Origin: Solirubrobacterales bacterium
GTDB taxonomy: Bacteria > Actinomycetota > Thermoleophilia > Solirubrobacterales > 70-9
Assembly (NCBI GenBank): GCA_036520315.1
Contig: DATDJZ010000030.1
Location: forward strand, 5,602-69,601
Direction: 5' to 3'
DNA: 64,000 bases
This document shows positions 29,813 to 38,876 of the stretch, one piece after another (position 1 is the stretch's first letter; each line of letters opens with the position of its first letter). The position numbers and the translations under genes were made by a program. The notes beneath the pieces were generated by a model that saw only the letters and a list, made by a program, of their open reading frames with translations, searched no databases and was not told the origin of the DNA.

Positions 29813-31137
29813 GCGCGCGTACCCGCGAGCTCTTCGCCCTGATCCCGGTCGCCCTCCTGGTCACGGCCGGGTTCACCGCCGTGCTGATCACCAACTCCGA
29901 TCAGCTCGGCAACCTGAGCGTGCTCTACGGCGGCTACTTCCTCGCCCTCTGCGTCGCCGTGCACATCATCATCCGGATCAGGCTCCCGGACGCCGACCCG
30001 TACCTGTTCCCGCTGGTCGCCCTGCTGGCCGCCTTCGGCATGGTGATGCTCTTCCGCCTCGACGAGGGCCTCGCCCGGGACCAGGCCAACTGGTTCGTCC
30101 TCGGCCTGATCCTCTTCTCGGCGACGATCATCTTCCTGCGCGACTACGACGTGCTCGAGCGCTACCGCTACCTGATCGCGCTCGCCGGGATCGTCCTGCT
30201 GATCCTTCCGCGCTTCCTGGGCCACGCGACTAACGACGCATTCCTGGCCGTCGACCTCGGGCCGATCACCTTCCAGCCGACCGAGCTGGCGAAGATCTGC
30301 ATCGTCGTCTTCTTGGCGAGCTACCTGAACGAGAACCGGGAGGTGCTGGTGGTCGGGGCTCGCAACGTCTTCGGGCTCGTCCTGCCCCCGCTCAAGCACC
30401 TCGGCCCGCTGCTGGTGGTCTGGGGCGCCGCGATGGTGCTGCTGGTCTTCATCCGCGACCTGGGCAGCTCGGTGATGTTCTTCGGCGCCTTCCTGGCGTT
30501 GATCTACGTCGCCACGGGCCGGCTCTCCTTCGTGATCATCGGCCTCCTGCTGTTCGTGGTCGGGGCGTGGTTCTTCGCGCAGACGGCCGCGCACATCCAG
30601 GAGCGATTCGACATCTGGCTCGATCCCTTCCAGGACCCGGGCGGCTCGGGCTATCAGCTCTCGCAGTCGATCTTCGCCCAGGCGGACGGGGGGCTGTTCG
30701 GCAGGGGACTGGGCGACTCGCTGGTGCAGCTGCCGGGCTGCAACGGCGACTTCCCCGACCGCTGCGCGATCCTGCCCGCTCCGCACACGGACTTCATCTA
30801 CGCGGTGATCGTCGATGAGCTCGGCCTCTTCGGAGGCGCGGCTGTGGTCCTGATCTACGCGCTGATCGCCGAGCGGGGCTTCAAGACCGCCATCCTGGCC
30901 GAGGACGGCTTCTCGAAGCTGCTGGCCACAGGCCTCACGGCGATCTTCGCCCTGCAGGCCTTCGTGATCATCGGCGGCGTCACCCGGGTGATCCCGCTGA
31001 CCGGCGTGACGCTGCCCTTCATCAGCTACGGGGGGAGCTCGATCATCGCCAACTTCATCCTGCTCGCCCTGCTCCTGATGATCTCGGACAAGGCCCGCCG
31101 GCGGGTGCGGCTCCAGAGCCAGACGAGGATCGGCTGA
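29809..31137 (+). CDS. rodA: SEDS-family peptidoglycan glycosyltransferase (RodA/FtsW)
   Basis: TTG at residue 131 of track ORF 29419..31137, overlapping the pstP stop (TTGA). About 10 TM helices. HTDFIYAVIVDELGLFG and TGVTLPFISYGGSS are SEDS signatures. Confidence 0.9.
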   Translation: MSARTRELFALIPVALLVTAGFTAVLITNSDQLGNLSVLYGGYFLALCVAVHIIIRIRLPDADPYLFPLVALLAAFGMVMLFRLDEGLARDQANWFVLGLILFSATIIFLRDYDVLERYRYLIALAGIVLLILPRFLGHATNDAFLAVDLGPITFQPTELAKICIVVFLASYLNENREVLVVGARNVFGLVLPPLKHLGPLLVVWGAAMVLLVFIRDLGSSVMFFGAFLALIYVATGRLSFVIIGLLLFVVGAWFFAQTAAHIQERFDIWLDPFQDPGGSGYQLSQSIFAQADGGLFGRGLGDSLVQLPGCNGDFPDRCAILPAPHTDFIYAVIVDELGLFGGAAVVLIYALIAERGFKTAILAEDGFSKLLATGLTAIFALQAFVIIGGVTRVIPLTGVTLPFISYGGSSIIANFILLALLLMISDKARRRVRLQSQTRIG

Positions 31138-32570
31138 TGAACAGACAGATCATCAAGCTCTTCGGCTTCCTGCTGATTCTCTACGCCCTGCTCTTCGGGT
31201 TCACGTCGTACTGGTCGATCTTCGACTCCGATTCGCTGAAGGCCAACCAGGCCAACCGCAGGCCGCTGCTCGAGGAGCAGCAGATCAAGCGCGGCGACAT
31301 CCTCGCCGCCGACGGCTCCGTGATCGCCCGCTCCCGCCCGGTGGGCGGTGGCGACAACAAGGTTTACGTCCGTCGCTACCCGCAGGGCGCGCTGTTCGGC
31401 AACCCGATCGGCTACAGCTTCGTGACGCAGGGCCGCGTGGGCTTCGAGCTCTCCCACAACGACGAGCTGGTCGGCAACGAGACCGAGTTCCTGTCGATCC
31501 TCGACGAGCTCAGGGGACACGCCCAGGTTGGCGACAAGGTGCAGTCCTCGCTCGATCCGGCTGCGCAGGAGGCGGCCGTGAACGGGCTCGCGGGCCGTCG
31601 CGGCTCGGTCGTGGCGATCGTCCCATCAACTGGCGAGGTCCGGGCGATGGTGAGCATCCCCGAGTACGACCCCAACCAGATCCCGAAGAACTTCGCCGAG
31701 CTCAACCGCGATCAGAGCGCCCCGCTCTTCAACCGCGCGACGCAGGCGGGCTATCCGCCGGGCTCGACGATGAAGGTGGTGACGGCGACCGCGGCGCTCG
31801 ACAGCGGCGAGTTCACGCCGGACTCGGTGCTCAGCGGCCGCTCGCCGCAGGAGATCGACGGCGTGCCGCTGTCGAACTCCGGCGGGGAGCAGTTCGGCGA
31901 CATCGACATGACCACTGCGCTCACCAACTCGGTCAACACCTGGTGGGCCCAGGCTGGTGAGAAGCTCGGCAAGGACACGATGTTCGAGTACATGGACCGC
32001 TTCGGCTTCGACGCCAAGCCGCGCCTCGACTACCCCAGCTTCCAGCTCGCCACCAGCGGGGTCTTCGACGGGAACAAGCTGCTGGGGCCGAGCGATCCAA
32101 TCGACATCGGCCGCGTCGCGATCGGCCAGGAGCGCCTGCGCGTGACGCCCCTGCAGATGGCGGAGGTCGCGGCGACGGTCGCCAACAACGGCGAGCTGAT
32201 GGAGCCGCGGCTCTGGTCGAGGGTGATCGATCCCGACGGGCGGGAGACCAAACTCGATCCGGCCCGTCAGAGTCGGGTGATGAGCGAGGACACCGCGGCG
32301 GAGCTCAACGAGATGATGCAGAACGTCGTTGCGGAGGGAACCGGGACCGCGGGCGCCGTCTCGGGGATCGACGTCGCCGGCAAGACGGGTACGGCCGAGA
32401 TCTCGCCGAGCGTCAACGACGCCTGGTTCATCGGCTTCGCGCCGGCCAGCGATCCGCAGATCGCGATCTCCTGCATCGTCGAGCACACCAGCGGCTTCGG
32501 CGGACCGACCTGCGGCCCGATCTTCAAGGCGGTCGCCGAGTCGATCCTGCAAGGGGACCCCGGTGGCTGA
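31137..32570 (+). CDS. pbpA: class B penicillin-binding protein (PbpA-like transpeptidase)
   Basis: N-terminal TM. SxxK motif PPGSTMKVVTA. KTGT motif AGKTGTAE. 1-nt overlap with the rodA stop. Confidence 0.9.
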   Translation: MNRQIIKLFGFLLILYALLFGFTSYWSIFDSDSLKANQANRRPLLEEQQIKRGDILAADGSVIARSRPVGGGDNKVYVRRYPQGALFGNPIGYSFVTQGRVGFELSHNDELVGNETEFLSILDELRGHAQVGDKVQSSLDPAAQEAAVNGLAGRRGSVVAIVPSTGEVRAMVSIPEYDPNQIPKNFAELNRDQSAPLFNRATQAGYPPGSTMKVVTATAALDSGEFTPDSVLSGRSPQEIDGVPLSNSGGEQFGDIDMTTALTNSVNTWWAQAGEKLGKDTMFEYMDRFGFDAKPRLDYPSFQLATSGVFDGNKLLGPSDPIDIGRVAIGQERLRVTPLQMAEVAATVANNGELMEPRLWSRVIDPDGRETKLDPARQSRVMSEDTAAELNEMMQNVVAEGTGTAGAVSGIDVAGKTGTAEISPSVNDAWFIGFAPASDPQIAISCIVEHTSGFGGPTCGPIFKAVAESILQGDPGG

Positions 32571-34425
32571 TCAACAGCCGGGCGCTGTCGTCGACGAGCG
32601 CTACCGGCTCGACCGCAAGATCGGCACCGGGGGAATGGCCGACGTCTGGCTCGCCGAGGACACCGAGCTCGACCGCAAGGTCGCGATCAAGATCCTGCAC
32701 GACCGCTTCGCCCAGGACAAGGAGTTCGTGCAGCGCTTCCAGCGCGAGGCTCAGTCCGCAGCCGGGCTCCAGCACCCGAACGTGGTAGGGGTCTTCGATC
32801 GCGGGGAGTTCGGCGACACCTACTTCATCGCGATGGAGTATGTCGACGGTCCCTCGATGAAGGATCTCGTCAAGGGCGGGATGAGCCCCAAGGACGCGAT
32901 CGACTTCACGCGCCAGATCCTGAATGCCGCCCGCTTCGCCCACCGCAAGGGGATCGTCCACCGCGACCTCAAGCCCCAGAACGTCCTGATCGACGACGAG
33001 GGGCGCGCCCGGGTGGCGGACTTCGGCATCGCCCGCGCCGGGGAGAACTCGGACATCACCGCCACCGGCTCGGTGATGGGCACGGCTCAGTACATCTCGC
33101 CGGAGCAGGCACAGGGCAAGCCGACGACGCCGCGATCGGACATCTACTCGATCGGCGTGATCCTCTACGAGGCGCTCACGGGCCGCGTGCCGTTCCAGGG
33201 CGACAGCGCGGTCGCAGTCGCCCTCAAGCAGGTCTCCGAGGCGCCCCGGCGCCCCAGCGCCATCAACCCGGACGTCCCGCCGGCGCTCGACGCGGTGGTG
33301 ATGCGAGCTCTCGCCAAGGACCCCGACGCCCGCTTCAAGGACGCAGACGCCTTCCTGAAGGCCCTGGACGCGGCCGAGAAGGCCCCGGACACGCCCCGCC
33401 CGCAGGACACCGCCGCCTACGCCGCCATCTCTCCGGAGGGCGAGGCGGACCTCCCCGGGGAGGAGGAGCCGTACAACGAGGAGGAGGAGTGGCAGCGGGA
33501 CCGACGCCGCCGGCGCTGGCGCTGGATCGCCGTGGCCGTGCTCGCCGCGGGCGTGGCGGCGCTGGTCGCCTTCGCCCTGACGCGTCCGTCACACGTGTCC
33601 ATTCCCGACGTGATCGGGCAGGACGTCGATGCCGCGACGCAGGTCCTGGACAGCAAGGGCTTCGACGTCGCGATCAAGGCCGTCCCCAGCGGGGCGCCAC
33701 GGAACCAGGTGGTCGAGCAGGACCCGATTCCCACCGACCGCGGCGGCGGCAAGGCCAAGGAGGGCTCGACCGTGACGCTCAGCGTCAGCTCCGGTCCCGC
33801 GATCGTCGCGGTGCCGGATGTCGCCGGGCTCAAACTGGCCGATGCCACCGCACGTCTGGAGAAGGCCGGATTCAAGGTGACGACGAGGAACGAGTTCTCC
33901 AACACTGTGCCGAAGGGCAGGGCGATCGGCACCGAGCCCGCCGCCGGCACCCAGCTCTCAACCAGCCAGGTCGTCACGATCCTGATCTCCCGCGGCACCA
34001 ACCAGGTGGAGGTCCCGAGTGTCGTCGGACTCGATGACCAGGCGGCCCTGGCGGCGCTCCAGAATGCGGGCCTCTCCGGAGTCCTCGTGCAGCGGGACTC
34101 GACCGAGCCGGAGGGCAAGGTGGTGAACCAGAGCCCCGGGGCCGGAAAGCTCGTCGCCCGCGGCTCGCAGGTGACGATCTTCGCCTCCACCGGCGCGATC
34201 ACGGTCCCCGACGTCGTCGGGCAGGATCGGAAGGCGGCGGTGACGGCGCTCAAGAAGGCCGGCTTCACCGTCGCAGTGACCGAGGAGAACACCTCCGACC
34301 CCGCCGAGATCAACAGGGTGATCTCCGAGTTCCCGCCAGGTGGCTCCCGCGCCCGCCGCGGCGACGCCGTGACGATCTCGGTCGGAGTCTCGTCTCCGCC
34401 CACCACCACCACGACCACGCCATGA
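32563..34425 (+). CDS. pknB: Ser/Thr protein kinase PknB with four extracellular PASTA domains
   Basis: GTG at residue 79 of track ORF 32329..34425. GTGGMADVWLA...VAIKIL, HRDLKPQNVL, DFGIARA, and TM WIAVAVLAAGVAALVAFAL. Four PASTA repeats begin VSIPDVIGQ, VAVPDVAGL, VEVPSVVGL and ITVPDVVGQ. Confidence 0.92.
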   Translation: MADQQPGAVVDERYRLDRKIGTGGMADVWLAEDTELDRKVAIKILHDRFAQDKEFVQRFQREAQSAAGLQHPNVVGVFDRGEFGDTYFIAMEYVDGPSMKDLVKGGMSPKDAIDFTRQILNAARFAHRKGIVHRDLKPQNVLIDDEGRARVADFGIARAGENSDITATGSVMGTAQYISPEQAQGKPTTPRSDIYSIGVILYEALTGRVPFQGDSAVAVALKQVSEAPRRPSAINPDVPPALDAVVMRALAKDPDARFKDADAFLKALDAAEKAPDTPRPQDTAAYAAISPEGEADLPGEEEPYNEEEEWQRDRRRRRWRWIAVAVLAAGVAALVAFALTRPSHVSIPDVIGQDVDAATQVLDSKGFDVAIKAVPSGAPRNQVVEQDPIPTDRGGGKAKEGSTVTLSVSSGPAIVAVPDVAGLKLADATARLEKAGFKVTTRNEFSNTVPKGRAIGTEPAAGTQLSTSQVVTILISRGTNQVEVPSVVGLDDQAALAALQNAGLSGVLVQRDSTEPEGKVVNQSPGAGKLVARGSQVTIFASTGAITVPDVVGQDRKAAVTALKKAGFTVAVTEENTSDPAEINRVISEFPPGGSRARRGDAVTISVGVSSPPTTTTTTP

Positions 34426-35387
34426 GGGTCGCCGTGATCGGCGGCGGGATCTCGAGCGAGCACGAGGTTTCGCTGCGCTCGGCCGCCTCCGTCGCTGCGG
34501 GACTCCGCGAGGCCGGCCATGAGACGGTCGAGGTGACGATCGAGCGCGAGGGCTCCTGGATCGCCGACGGAGAATCGGTCAGCTTCACCGCCGGGGAGGG
34601 CCTGCTCGGCTGCGATGTGGTCTTCCCGGTCCTACACGGTCCCGGTGGGGAGGACGGCAGCGTCCAGGGCCTGCTCGAGGTGCTCGACGTCCCCTACGCG
34701 GGCTCCGACGTCGAGTCCTCGGCGATCTGCATGGACAAGCTCGTCTTCAAGGACCTGCTGGCTCGCCGCGGGGTGCCGCAGGTCGACTTCTGCCGCGCGG
34801 GGGAGGAGGGCTGGCGGGAAGCCGTCGCCGGGTTCGGCCAGCCGGTCTGGGTGAAGCCGGCCCGCCTCGGCTCCAGCGTCGGGATCGCGCCGGCGTCCGG
34901 GACCGAGGAGCTCGACCGGGCGGTCGAGGAGGCGCGCCGCCACGACCCACGCGTGATCGTCGAGGCGCCCGCGCCCGGCAAGGAGGTCGAGTGCTCGCTC
35001 CTCGGCAACGAGGACCCGGTGGCGTCGCCGCCGGGCGAGATCGTCACCAAGGCTTCCGATTGGTACGACTACGAGGCGAAGTACGCGGAGGGCGGCATGG
35101 AGCTGCTGGTGCCCGCCGGAATCTCGGAGACTGCCGCCGAGCGGGTCCGCGAGCTCGCCCGCCGGGTGTTCACCCTCTGCGGCTGCAGCGGCCTCGCCCG
35201 TTGTGACTTCTTCGTGGACGGGGAGGAGGTGCTCGTCAACGAGCTCAACACGATCCCCGGGTTTACCGAGACGAGCGTCTACGGCAAGCTCTTCGAGGCC
35301 GACGGCATCGGCTATCCGGAGCTCTGCGACCGGCTGATCAAGCTGGCGGTCGAGCGGTACGAGACCGCTCGCTCGTACAAGTTCTAG
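34422..35387 (+). CDS. ddl: D-alanine--D-alanine ligase, DdlA-type
   Basis: MRVAVIGGGISSEHEVSLRSA, HGPGGEDGSVQG, VKPARLGSSVG, WYDYEAKY, NELNTIPGFT. ATGA overlap with the pknB stop. Confidence 0.9.
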   Translation: MRVAVIGGGISSEHEVSLRSAASVAAGLREAGHETVEVTIEREGSWIADGESVSFTAGEGLLGCDVVFPVLHGPGGEDGSVQGLLEVLDVPYAGSDVESSAICMDKLVFKDLLARRGVPQVDFCRAGEEGWREAVAGFGQPVWVKPARLGSSVGIAPASGTEELDRAVEEARRHDPRVIVEAPAPGKEVECSLLGNEDPVASPPGEIVTKASDWYDYEAKYAEGGMELLVPAGISETAAERVRELARRVFTLCGCSGLARCDFFVDGEEVLVNELNTIPGFTETSVYGKLFEADGIGYPELCDRLIKLAVERYETARSYKF

Positions 35388-35469
35388 GGCCAGGGTTGCC
35401 AGGGCGTTGGCACCCGAACCCCGCACGCCGGAGGCGAAGCCGAGGACGTGCTGGTGATGGCGAGCCGGA

Positions 35470-36960
35470 CTACTTGAACAATTGGACGTCCGAGATCTCC
35501 ATCTGGTAGCGGCTCGGGTCGTCCTGGGCCTGCGGCATCTTCGTGATCCAGATCAGGAAGGAGTTGGCGGGCTTGCCGGGCAGCGTCACGCCCTCGCGGT
35601 CACCGCCGTCGCTGATGTTCGCCACCGGCCGCCCCCAGCCGCTGAGGTCGCTGGGGGCTGAGCCGTTGACCTCGTAGATCTCGGCGTCGTACCCCGGCGT
35701 CAGGGCCCGGATCGTCATCGACTTCGCTCCGACCACGCTGCCCGCATCGATCGCCAGACCCACGCCGTCCTTGAGGCCGCCGAAGTCCGGCGTGTCGTAG
35801 TGCTCACTCGACCAGGCGGTGCCTGTGGGATTGCCGTCGACGGCCTGTTCCTGGGTCCCGGTCTCCTGCCCGTCGCCCTCCGGATCGAACTCGCTGGCGG
35901 CATCGATCGATAGGCGCACCTCCGATGTTGAGGGGCCGCTGGGGGCCTGATCGTCGCTGAAGTCCAACCTGCTGGCGAAGATCACCGCCGCCGCGGCCAG
36001 CGCGAGCACGACGATCGCAACGGCGATCCCCGGCCCCGAGATCCGCCGCCGGCGGCCGAGCCGCCGCCGGTCGGAGGGCACCGAGTCGAGCACGCTGGTC
36101 GCCTCGCCGCTGGTCCCGCCCCGACGCGCCGCCTCGACCTCGAGGGTTTGCTCGAGGTCGCGGACCATCTCCGCGACGGTGCCGTAGCGGTCGCGCGGGT
36201 CCTTGGTGGTGGCCCGATCGACGACCGAAGCGACCGCGGCCGAGACCTCCGGGCGCTTCGCCTGCACGTCGGGCATCGGCTCGTTGACGTGCTTCATCGC
36301 GACACCGACCTGGGTCTCGGCGCGGAAGGGGACATCCCCGGTGAGCATCTCGTAGAGCACCACGCCGAGCGAGTAGACGTCGGAGCGCTCGTCGACGTCC
36401 TCGCCCATCGCCTGCTCCGGCGAGACGTAGTCGGTGGTGCCGAGGACGCGGCCGGTAGCGGTCATCCCCTGCTGCTCCAGGGAGCGGGCGATGCCGAAGT
36501 CCGTGACCTTGGCGCGGCCGTCTGGGTCGATGAGCACGTTCTGGGGCTTGACGTCGCGGTGGACGAGCTTGCGTGCGTGGGCGGCCGTCAGGCCGCGCCC
36601 GATCTCGATCGCGTAGGCGACGGCCTCGTCCACCGGCAGGCGGCCTTCCTCCTGGAGTCGCCGCTTCAGGGTCCGGCCCTCGATGTACTCGAAGACGATG
36701 TAGGGGCGGCCGTCGTCCTCGCCGGCATCGATCACTCCGACCAGGTTGGGATGGGAGAGGCGCGCCGCCGCCCTCGCCTCCCGGCGAAAGCGCTCGAGCT
36801 GGTCCGCCTCCTCGGAGATCTCTCGATGGAGGAGCTTGACGGCGACCGGCCGGTCCAGCACCTGGTCCGTCGCGAGGTAGACGGTGGACATCCCGCCTGA
36901 GCCCAGCTTCGATTCGAGCCGGTACCGGCCCGAGAGTACTGTCGAGCTCAAGCGTTCCAA
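35470..36960 (-). CDS. Ser/Thr protein kinase with single TM and extracellular beta-rich (galactose-binding-like) domain
   Basis: Track ORF 35470..37623. TTG at residue 222 was chosen (TTG 36951 is an alternative). GSGGMSTVYLA...VAVKLL, HRDVKPQNVL, DFGIARS, and TM IAVAIVVLALAAAAVIF. The C-terminus ends ...YQMEISDVQLFK. Confidence 0.85.
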   Translation of the reverse strand: MERLSSTVLSGRYRLESKLGSGGMSTVYLATDQVLDRPVAVKLLHREISEEADQLERFRREARAAARLSHPNLVGVIDAGEDDGRPYIVFEYIEGRTLKRRLQEEGRLPVDEAVAYAIEIGRGLTAAHARKLVHRDVKPQNVLIDPDGRAKVTDFGIARSLEQQGMTATGRVLGTTDYVSPEQAMGEDVDERSDVYSLGVVLYEMLTGDVPFRAETQVGVAMKHVNEPMPDVQAKRPEVSAAVASVVDRATTKDPRDRYGTVAEMVRDLEQTLEVEAARRGGTSGEATSVLDSVPSDRRRLGRRRRISGPGIAVAIVVLALAAAAVIFASRLDFSDDQAPSGPSTSEVRLSIDAASEFDPEGDGQETGTQEQAVDGNPTGTAWSSEHYDTPDFGGLKDGVGLAIDAGSVVGAKSMTIRALTPGYDAEIYEVNGSAPSDLSGWGRPVANISDGGDREGVTLPGKPANSFLIWITKMPQAQDDPSRYQMEISDVQLFK

Positions 36961-37029
36961 GGCTTCCCTTCGTCCATCGGCTGTATTTTCGCCCGCGGTC
37001 GAGGCTGAGGCTGCCAGGGCCCGACCGGA

Positions 37030-37881
37030 ATGATGACTGTCCAGGTCCGCTTCTACACCGATCCCGCCTGTCCCTGGTCCTGGGCCGCCGAGCCCGCGAT
37101 CCGAAGGATGATGTGGGAGCTCGAGGGAGAGCTCGAGTTCGTCTGGGTGATGGGCGGGCTTGCCCGCAGCTACGAGCACGCGAATCTCCTCGAGGTCGTC
37201 TCCCAGTGGCTCGAGGATGCGGCCGCCGGCGGGATGCCGTGCGACCCCAGGATCTGGACAGAGAACCCCCTCGACTCGACCTACCCCGCCTGCCAGGCGG
37301 TCAAGGCGGCCGCCGAGCAGGGCTGGGAGCCGGGCTACCGCTACCTGCGGACACTGAGGGAGGGGATCATGTTCGAGCGTCGCAAGCTGGACCACGCCGA
37401 ATCGCTGATCGCCGCCGCGGGACGCGCCGGGATCGATCGCCGTCGCTTCGAGGTCGACTTGCGCTCGCACGCCATCACGGAGGCCTTTGGCGCCGATCTG
37501 GATGAGGTCCGCGACCCCCCTCGGGAGGCCCGGGAGGGGGACGCCATTCATCGCAGCAGCAAGGGCAGGGAGCGGATCAGCCTCCCTTCCGCTCTGCTGA
37601 TCGGCGAGGACGGCAGCCGCCACGGTGTCTGGGGCGGCGATTCCGTCGATCCGGCGAAACTGCGCGAGGCGGCGCTCGCCGCCGGTGCGAAGCAGGTGAA
37701 CGACGGTGGGCTCGAGCCCCTCGAGGCGATCGGCCGCTTCGGTCGCTGCGCGACGAGGGAGCTCGAGGTCCTGGCCGACCGCCCGGCGCCGGTCATGCAG
37801 GCCGAGCTCTGGGAGCTGGCGCGCGACTGGAAGCTGAAGCCGGTCCCGGCGCTGACCGGGACGGTCTGGGAGCGGGCCTAG
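37030..37881 (+). CDS. DsbA-family thioredoxin-fold protein with C-terminal extension
   Basis: VRFYTDPACPWSWAAEP contains the CPWS redox-like motif typical of DsbA/HCCA-isomerase-like proteins. 283 aa. Confidence 0.7.
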   Translation: MMTVQVRFYTDPACPWSWAAEPAIRRMMWELEGELEFVWVMGGLARSYEHANLLEVVSQWLEDAAAGGMPCDPRIWTENPLDSTYPACQAVKAAAEQGWEPGYRYLRTLREGIMFERRKLDHAESLIAAAGRAGIDRRRFEVDLRSHAITEAFGADLDEVRDPPREAREGDAIHRSSKGRERISLPSALLIGEDGSRHGVWGGDSVDPAKLREAALAAGAKQVNDGGLEPLEAIGRFGRCATRELEVLADRPAPVMQAELWELARDWKLKPVPALTGTVWERA

Positions 37882-38876
37882 GCCCTGACGACGCTTCCGG
37901 CGTCTGGAGTCGCCCGACCGATTCTCCTCGCGTCCGGGTAGCGGGGGCGCAGCCGCTGGAGGGCGGCATCCTCATCGCCGGCCGCCACGAGCACGCAGAA
38001 CCCGCAGCCTAGGTTGAAGACCTCGTGCATCTCCTCGTCGCTCACCTCAGCGAGCTCCTGGATCAGATTGAAGACCTGGGGGACCGGCAGGGGGTCGTCG
38101 ATCTCATAGCCCACCTCGGCCTCCAGCCGAAGCAGGTTGCCGAGGCCGCCAGAGGTGATGTGGGCGAGGCCGCGGACGTCGATCTCGGAGCGCAGCAGCT
38201 CGACGATCGGCTTGACGTAGATCTCGGTCGGCTCGAGCAGGACGTCGCCGAGCGGGAGCCCGAGACGGTCGTCGTCCAAGGGGATCTCGGCGAGCGCCGA
38301 GCGGGCAAGGGTGTAGCCGTTCGAGTGGAGCCCGGAGGAGGGCAGGCCGATCACCGGGTCGCCCGGCTCGATCGCGGCCCCGGTGACCAGCGAGTCGAGC
38401 GCGACGGTCCCGAAGCAGGCCCCCGCCAGGTCGAGGCCATGGACGATCTCCCCGAGCTGGGCGAGCTCGCCGCCGACGATCTCGATGCCGGCGAGCTCGG
38501 CGCCGCGAGCAAGGCCCGCCCCGATGGCGCCGGCGACCTCCGGATCGGCGCGGTCGACGGCCACGTAGTCGACCATTGCCAACGGTTCGGCACCGACGCA
38601 GACGACGTCGTTGACGTTCATGGCGACGCAGTCGATGCCGACGGTGTCCCAGCGCCCGAGCTGCTCCGCGAGAACCAGCTTCGTCCCGACGCCGTCGGTG
38701 CTCAGGGCGATGCCGGTCCGCTCGTCGAGGCGGACGACGTTCGCGTAGTGGCCGTGGGCGAGCACCTGGCGGCTCTCGGAGGGCGCCGCCGCGGCCAGAG
38801 CGGAGACGAGGGACTTGACCGCGGCGTCGGCATCCCCCTGGCTGACGCCGGCTCGCGCGTACGCGTCCTCGCTCAC
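37878..38876 (-). CDS. purM: phosphoribosylformylglycinamidine cyclo-ligase (AIR synthetase)-like protein
   Basis: GTG at residue 342 of track ORF 37878..39899 (GTGA overlap with the uppP stop). YARAGV, STDGVGTKLVLAE, TVGIDCVAMNVNDVVCVGAEP, SSGLHSNGYTLAR and HITSGGL are colinear with PurM. Confidence 0.7.
   Translation of the reverse strand: MSEDAYARAGVSQGDADAAVKSLVSALAAAAPSESRQVLAHGHYANVVRLDERTGIALSTDGVGTKLVLAEQLGRWDTVGIDCVAMNVNDVVCVGAEPLAMVDYVAVDRADPEVAGAIGAGLARGAELAGIEIVGGELAQLGEIVHGLDLAGACFGTVALDSLVTGAAIEPGDPVIGLPSSGLHSNGYTLARSALAEIPLDDDRLGLPLGDVLLEPTEIYVKPIVELLRSEIDVRGLAHITSGGLGNLLRLEAEVGYEIDDPLPVPQVFNLIQELAEVSDEEMHEVFNLGCGFCVLVAAGDEDAALQRLRPRYPDARRIGRATPDAGSVVRA

Noticed and set aside
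37878-37881. Convergent DsbA-like and purM-like genes share overlapping stop codons in the palindrome CTAG.
   Set aside because: This is real but trivial. Overlapping convergent stops are common in compact high-GC genomes, and there is no associated hairpin.
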